A stretch of 64,000 nucleotides of DNA. It comes from Hyaloraphidium curvatum SAG 235-1 (taxonomy: Eukaryota > Fungi > Monoblepharomycota). Below are positions 57,889 to 64,000 of the stretch, piece by piece. The stretch lies in the NCBI GenBank assembly GCA_025558095.1, contig JAIVFI010000027.1, forward strand, positions 248,001-312,000, given 5' to 3'. The translations under genes were made by a program, and so were the position numbers. The notes under the pieces were generated by a model. That model searched no databases and was not told the origin of the DNA. It was given only the letters and a program-made list of their open reading frames with translations. Every line of letters begins with the position of its first letter. Position 1 is the stretch's first letter.

Positions 57889-59910
57889 TTACACGAAGCG
57901 GCGCTCCACCTCGTCGTCCCACTCCCGGCGGAACACCTCCAGATTGCCGTCCCAGGCAACAAGCTTCGCCCTCATCCGCAGCTGGCCCAAGGTCGCCGTC
58001 ATCTCAGCCTCGGCCCTCGTTCTGATCCTCCACTCGCCCCTGGACCGCTCCTGCTCCCAGACGTGCACCACCCGCGCCGACAGCGGGTCGTCGGGCGCGA
58101 TCTCCCACCGCTCCGTCGACCGCTCGCCGCCGACGAGCTTGTGCGAAGCGTCCTCGTAGATGCCCTCGTCGGACTCGACGACCAGCGCGGCGGTGCCTCG
58201 GATGAGGTCCCGCTCGATCCTGCGGGCGGCCGTCCCGGGCCGCAGCGTCCGCGCCTCCCACGGCCGAGCGTGCTCCGGCAGTAGAGGCGTCCATGCGTCC
58301 TCCGTCCCACCTACATGCACGGGCAGCGTCAGCATTCCGCTCCCAAGGGTGAGCTTCGCGCGCTGGGGTGACGGCCACAAGAGGGGCCAGTAGGTGTTGG
58401 ACAGGGCCAGCCTCAGCCTGTGCCCGGTCGACAGCCGGTATCCGGCCATGTCCAGCACCACCTCGACCTCCATCATCTCGCCCGGGATGACGGGCGCCGG
58501 CGAGCCCATCCCCGCGCGGTGGCAGAGGTTCAACACCCCGTGCGTGATCCGCGCGCTCTTGCCGTCCGGAGCCACGTCGCACAGGCGCGCGACGACAAAG
58601 GCGTGCGGCCTGTCCGAGGCGAGCCGGAGCCGGACCACGGGCCCGCCGAGCAGGGTCAGAGGTTCGGAGAAGGGAAGGCCGTCGAAGCAGACCGATAGCG
58701 CGTCGTCCTCAGCCTGGTCCCCGGGCATCTCGGCGTTCAGGCCCATCGGGAAGAACTCGCCAGCGAACATGCCAAGGTGCTGGGGAGTGCATATCGTCGT
58801 CCGGAGCTCACCCGAGAGCGTGTCCTCAACTAGGCGCCCGATCCTGCCATCCTGAGCGGGATGCAGATGCAAGATGGCGTCCGAAACCCGAGGCGACGGC
58901 CAGCTCGCTTCCGCGATCCAATGTCCCGGCTTGAACGAGGCACAGGCATCCGGCAGCGCCGAATGCAGGATGTACGCCCTCAATGCTGCATCGCGCTCGA
59001 CCCCGTTGTCCGCCCCCTTGAGCCATCGGTCCCACCACCGCAGCGCCTCCTGCAGGAACCCGATCTGCGGCCCCGGCACGGCCGTGTGCGGGTACTGGTG
59101 CACCCACGGCCCCACGATGCCCCTGCACGGCGCCCGCACCCCGCGGAGCAGCGCGTCGACCGCGTTGACGTAGCCGTCGGCCCAGCCGCCCACGATCATG
59201 GTCGGCACCGCGATCCGTGAGTAGGCCTCGCACACGGAGCCGTGCTTCCAGTAATCGTCCCTCGCCTGGTGCGATGCCCAGCGCGGGGCGAGCCAGGGAT
59301 TCGCTTCGAGCCTGCGGAGCCAGTCGTCCCGCCAGTCGGGCCGGAGCAGGGGGTCCGCGGGTCGCGAAGAGTACGAGAGCATGACGGCGGCCCAGCCAAA
59401 GTTCTCGCCCATCAAGCAGCCGCCCTTGAAATGGATGTCGTCGGCGTACCGGTCCGCCGTCGCGCAGACGGCGATGACCGCACGCAGGGCGGGCGGGCGG
59501 TTGAAGGCAGCCTGCAGACTGTTGAAGCCGCCCCAGCTTTTGCCCATCATCCCCACGGCCCCGGTGCACCAGGGCTGCCGCGCCAGCCAGCTGATGACCT
59601 CGACCACGTCGTCCATCTCCTGCTGCGTGTACTCGTCCTCCATGATCCCCCCGGAATCCCCGTTGCCCCGCATGTCGACCCGGACGCACGCGAACCCATG
59701 CCCGGCAAGGTACGGGTGCATGAGCGCGTCCCGCGCCACGGTCCCGTCGCGTTTGCGGTACGGAATCATCTCCAGCACCGCCGGCACGGGGTCTTCCACG
59801 GCGTCCTCGGGAATCCACGCGCGGGCGGAAAGTCGGACGCCGTCCGGCATCGGGATGCCCATGTCCTCCTCCTCGACGACCCGCCGCGGGAACGCGGTCA
59901 CGATGGACAT
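57889..59910 (-). CDS. CocE/NonD-family (peptidase S15) serine hydrolase, intronless
   Basis: IPMPDGVRLSAR..PAVLEMIPYRKRD..RVDMRGNGDSGG..GKSWGG (nucleophile)..GGWADGY..GPWVH, plus the C-terminal PepX_C-like region. Confidence 0.93.
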   Translation of the reverse strand: MSIVTAFPRRVVEEEDMGIPMPDGVRLSARAWIPEDAVEDPVPAVLEMIPYRKRDGTVARDALMHPYLAGHGFACVRVDMRGNGDSGGIMEDEYTQQEMDDVVEVISWLARQPWCTGAVGMMGKSWGGFNSLQAAFNRPPALRAVIAVCATADRYADDIHFKGGCLMGENFGWAAVMLSYSSRPADPLLRPDWRDDWLRRLEANPWLAPRWASHQARDDYWKHGSVCEAYSRIAVPTMIVGGWADGYVNAVDALLRGVRAPCRGIVGPWVHQYPHTAVPGPQIGFLQEALRWWDRWLKGADNGVERDAALRAYILHSALPDACASFKPGHWIAEASWPSPRVSDAILHLHPAQDGRIGRLVEDTLSGELRTTICTPQHLGMFAGEFFPMGLNAEMPGDQAEDDALSVCFDGLPFSEPLTLLGGPVVRLRLASDRPHAFVVARLCDVAPDGKSARITHGVLNLCHRAGMGSPAPVIPGEMMEVEVVLDMAGYRLSTGHRLRLALSNTYWPLLWPSPQRAKLTLGSGMLTLPVHVGGTEDAWTPLLPEHARPWEARTLRPGTAARRIERDLIRGTAALVVESDEGIYEDASHKLVGGERSTERWEIAPDDPLSARVVHVWEQERSRGEWRIRTRAEAEMTATLGQLRMRAKLVAWDGNLEVFRREWDDEVERRFV

Positions 59911-60168
59911 CGCGATCAGCCGCGCGTCGTGCTCGGCGTTTTGGACGCGTCTTCCGCGAGCGATGATTCGGCTCGACGCGACCGATCGCCCCGCCAGACG
60001 CGATGTTTGCTTGTTCCCGCTTCGCTCCTCGAATCTCTTCCATCTCCCAAGCATCGGAGGCAGGGACTTGGAGAAGACGCGTAATGCACACTTTCCACGA
60101 ATCAATGTTGACAAAACCACCATGCACACAGTTCGATGAACCAAGCTCCCTCTCCCTCCTACAACCGC

Positions 60169-61908
60169 TCACGCCTTCACCTCGACCAGCTTCACCCACA
60201 CGCCGTTCTTGGCCGAGATCGCGCCCGTCTGCAGCGGCTCGAAGACGTAGTTCCCGCGCACGACGTCGTACTTGGAGCACAGCGCCGAGAGCACCATGCG
60301 CATCTCGGCCAGCGCGAGGCGCTCGCCGAGGCAGCGCCGTGCGCCGTTGCCGAAGGGTCCGTAGGCGTAGAGGTGCTTGGCGCCGCCGCTCGCGTCCTCG
60401 AGGAAGCGCGTGGGGTCGAAGGCGTCCGCGTCGCGAGGCCAGTAGTCAGGGTGGCGCTGCCTTCCGTAGATGAAGTCCACGACAACGTCGCCTGGGGCAA
60501 AGAAAGTCAGCCCAAAGATCAGTGATGGAGCCCTGCGCAGAACCCACCCTTGCGGAGAACGATTCGGTTCTCCCGCCCCGAGTCGTCCTTGTACCTGAAG
60601 TCCATGTCCTCCGCCATCGTCCTTCCGGCACCGTGGGGTGCCGCGGGCATCAGGCGCAGCGTCTCCTTGATCACGGCGTTGAGCACAGGCAGCTGCTCCA
60701 GGGTCTCGGGGAGGAGGAACACGTCGGGCCCGCCGCCCTTGCCGGCGACCTCGTCGCGGATGCGCTTCTGCCTATGAAGCGGCAATGCATCAGATGAGTC
60801 GGCGCATGCGCATGGAAGCTACCAACCATTCGGGGTTCTCGGCGAGGAAGTGGATGGCCATGGCGGTCGTGCCGGCGGTCGTGTCGTGGCCCGCGAAAAG
60901 CAAAGTCGCCATGTGCTTGCGGAACTCCTCCATGTCCTTGAGCGATTCCGGCAGCTTCTCGCTGCGCAGCGAGTCGTCCAGGATGGATGTGCGCCCGTCG
61001 TCGTGGTTGCGGTGGCGCGCGATGTTGGCGTCGATCATGCCGTTGATGACGTCGAGCGAGCCCTGCCACGCGGCCACGAGCTTCTTGGAAACCTTTTTCC
61101 ATGCGCCGGGGAACAGGAGCAGGTCCAAGGAAGCGGCCGTCATGATGCTGGCGAGGAGGTGCTCCCACGTCGACATGAGCTGCTTGCCCTGCTGCGTGGT
61201 CTGCACGTTGAGGTTCTCCCCGAACGAGAGGCGGGAAATGACGTCGAACGTCAGCCGGGAGACGTAGGGCTGGATGTCGAACTCGGCGCCGCGGTTGGTC
61301 GCAATCTGGTCCATGAACACGTTGCGCAGGTCGTTCAGCAGAGGAGTGCATTGCCGGATGGCGGCGGTGGAGAAGGTCCGATCGAAGAAGTAACGGATCT
61401 CGCGCCACTTGGCGTCGTTCGGCATCGCGACCGTCTGGGCAATGGGCATGACTGCCTCTTGGTACGGCAGAGGCCGCTCGAACTTGGTCCAGGAGTTGCC
61501 CACGTAGATCTCCCGCGAGAGGTTCGCATCGCAGCAAAGGATCACCCGGCGCGTGGGGACCAGGGGGTGAACTGCGGGGTTGCGGTGCATGAGTCCACAT
61601 GTGACGAGAGTGTGAGAAGGTTTGGCCCACCGAAACGGAGGACCCTCTTGCCGCCCGCCTTCTTGACCCAGTCAGCGTCGACGAGGAGCCTTTGCTGCAA
61701 GCGCTTGAAGTCGGGGCGGTTCCAGAGCCTGCGAGCGAAACGATTGTCAGCAGAAGTCGGAACGAGACAGCTTGCGGTCTTACGGAGCAGCGAGGTAGGT
61801 GGCGACGGTGTCCTCGTCTCCGAAGGCGAGGAAGGAGCGCCGGTATAGCTCGGCGAGCAAGAACAGAACGGCTGCCGCGAGGGCAGGGACGAGGACGGCT
61901 TCAAGCAT
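60169..61908 (-). CDS. Cytochrome P450
   Basis: N-terminal anchor MLEAVLVPALAAAVLFLL, I-helix AGHDTT, KETLR (ExxR), FDPTRF, PFGNGARRCLG heme motif. Confidence 0.95.
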
Positions 61909-62045
61909 GGCGGCGATTTGCTGGAAGGATGGAGAGGGGTGGGTTCCTGGCCCGCCTTTTGTTCGGGCAGGACTGTTCTGCGTTCCGGTCTTCTGGGTGG
62001 AAGCGGAAGGTTCGAGTGTTCGACTACGGCTGGTGACCCCGACTG

Positions 62046-62563
62046 ACGTCACCCTTGCCACAAACCGTCGGCCGGCCCGGAAGTGAGGGCGATATCCCGG
62101 CTACGAAGGCATCGCGGTCCAAAGGGGACCGGGCCCGTGCGGCCGCTGCTTCGGGCGACGCGTCGTCCTCGGGCGGCCGCGCGCGCAGTGGCCGGGCGGG
62201 GAACACCGGGAGGGAGACCGGGAAGAGGGCGAGCCACGCAGCGTCCGAGAACGTCGGCTCCGCTGATTCCGCGTCCGAGAATGTCGGCTCCGCAGAGGGA
62301 GCGTCCTTGACGTCGGGATTTGCGTCGGAGGGCGACATGGCCAAATGAACGGGCGGAAAAGGGAAGACGTCCAACTTCCGAGGGGGCCGGATGCCAAAAG
62401 GTCGCCGGGGACGGACTCTAATTTCCATACGTCCTGCCGCCATTCCATATCTAGTGCTTCGCTGCTTGAACGAAAATGTGCTGGGTGCAGTTGATGTTAC
62501 TACAGCTGGTTTACCCCCCGTTTCACTTCCGGGCCGGCCGACGGTTTGTGGCAAGGGTGACGT
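62046..62563. repeat. 41-bp perfect inverted repeat pair (62046-62086 / 62523-62563)
   Basis: acgtcacccttgccacaaaccgtcggccggcccggaagtga versus tcacttccgggccggccgacggtttgtggcaagggtgacgt. Confidence 0.93.
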
Positions 62564-62581
62564 TCGTCGCTGCTCGCGGGC

Positions 62582-64000
62582 ATGTTCCAGCTCGAGGAGT
62601 TCAACGCCCCCTTCGGGCGCGCGCCCATTCCTGCGCTCGTCCGCGTCGTGTACGACGGGCTAAGAGCGGCTCTCTTCACAATGGTGTGGCCTGAAAACGA
62701 CGGACGATTTTCCTACAGGCAGCTTGCCGTTGGTACCGCCGCGCACACAGTTTTCCAGGTCACCTGGACTTTGCCCATTCTGGCCACCGGGATCATGAAA
62801 GGGAACGTCCGATTACAGGGGAGAGAGCTCGACGGGGAGGAGCAAAGCCGGGGCGGGCAAACACCGTTCGACTTCCACGTGCTCACACCCTTGGTGCGCT
62901 ACAACCAGCTCGTCCGTCGGCCGTTGGACGTTGGGATGTGCGATGGGGACGCGGATCGGGTGGCGGACTGCCTGCTGCTCGAACACGACCCCAAGGACCA
63001 GCTTTGTCCCTGTCCTGCCCCATCGTGCGTAGGCGACATCCTGCGCAGGACCGGCCGATTGCAGGCTGCGGGCACCGCCGTCTCATGGATCGGGGGCAAC
63101 GCGATATGGTGCCTATTGGTCATGATTACGCCACTCATCACCTTTGGTGCCTCGACGTGGGGCACATGGTGGCGAGCGCTGATTGCAGTTGTCACACGTG
63201 GGTTCTTGGTTTCGGAACCGCAGTGTTCGCCGGCCCTGATTCCAGCTCCAGTGGTCGTCACAATCTTGACTAGCTTTCAGGGATGGGCAGCCATCTCCTT
63301 CCAGTTTCTCACGATTCTTCCCATCCTTGACCTCCAGCTCCGCCTTCACAATCGCGCCTTGTCGATTGCGCTGTCGCACACCGTCTCGTATTGCGAGCGC
63401 GTACTCCAAGTTGCCGGCAACCCCAAAGTCTTGGACCGCGCGGGCGTATCCCCGCTCTACGCGCGCCTGCACTCCTCGTTTGCCGCTGCATGGCGCTCCC
63501 GCCTCTCCGGCTTCCACACATACCGGCTCCTGCTATTCATGTTGCTCGTCGGGGAGGTGATCTCCGCCACAATCAACATCGTGGGTGGATGCAGATTGAA
63601 GATGCTGTCTACTGACGTGAATGCCGGTAGGCTGGAGCAAGCTGCATCACGGCCTACCAGCTCGGCAGCATCCTGTGGATTGTGGGTGAGCTGCTCAGGG
63701 GCTTGGTGGAGACTGCCGCCGCAAACTCCGAGATCACGACCATCGCCTCGGCCTGCCGCCGCGCCGCGTCGGACCTGCGCCTCCTGCTCGTCTCGTACCC
63801 GCGTGGGCATCCCGCCGCGGTCGAGGAGGCGCGGCGGCACGAGCGTGTGGTCGAGGGGTTCGTCGAGATGCCAGGGCTCCGCGCGCGGTTCCTCGGGTTC
63901 GAGGTGACGTACGCGGTTGTGCGGGGCGTTGCGCTCACGGCGTTCACGGTCGCCGTTGGGTTGTGGAGCATCGCAAGGGGGACGTCGCTCAGCCTGGTCT
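62582..64000 (+). CDS. Multi-pass membrane protein (runs off the window; 5' end apparently disrupted by an inversion)
   Basis: Several hydrophobic segments, LLEHDPKDQLCPCPAPSC; introns at ~63198-63280 and 63581-63630; last exon ..AAANSEI..ARFLGFEVTYAVVRGVALTAFTVAVGLWSI. Confidence 0.7.

Overview
GC-rich eukaryotic DNA with many short (~50-70 nt) GT-AG introns and CTGAC/CTAAC branch points. The gene set is fungal-type (IDH1, VMA11-like, Sad1-like); a zoosporic/early-diverging fungus such as a monoblepharid is my inference. Conserved genes: KDM5/JARID1, AIG2/GGCT, a 12-TM-type class III cyclase, two convergent SUN-domain genes, RNR2, a tandem GTPase, an MDR oxidoreductase, RPL36, COPB2/SEC27, a V-ATPase proteolipid, SPC3, an Sds3-like gene, PDB1, a SET-MYND gene, LSM1, IDH1 and a P450. 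There are also three intronless bacterial-like sequences (RmlD pseudogene, amidase, CocE/NonD hydrolase). The most striking structure occurs twice. A ~9.6-9.8 kb segment is bounded by ~0.6-0.75 kb inverted repeats built on an intron-containing tRNA gene (Gly-CCC at 22.7 kb, Pro-CGG at 52.9 kb). In each case one arm has the intact tRNA and the other a truncated one, and both arms carry stacked, progressively decayed duplications of the upstream flank plus tRNA 5' half. Downstream of each intact tRNA, co-oriented, lies a large orphan spliced gene with nuclease-like motifs (GIY-YIG-like or HNH-like), followed by a shared GGCC-TGC-GGCC hairpin motif. All alignments and motif calls were made by eye and need computational confirmation.
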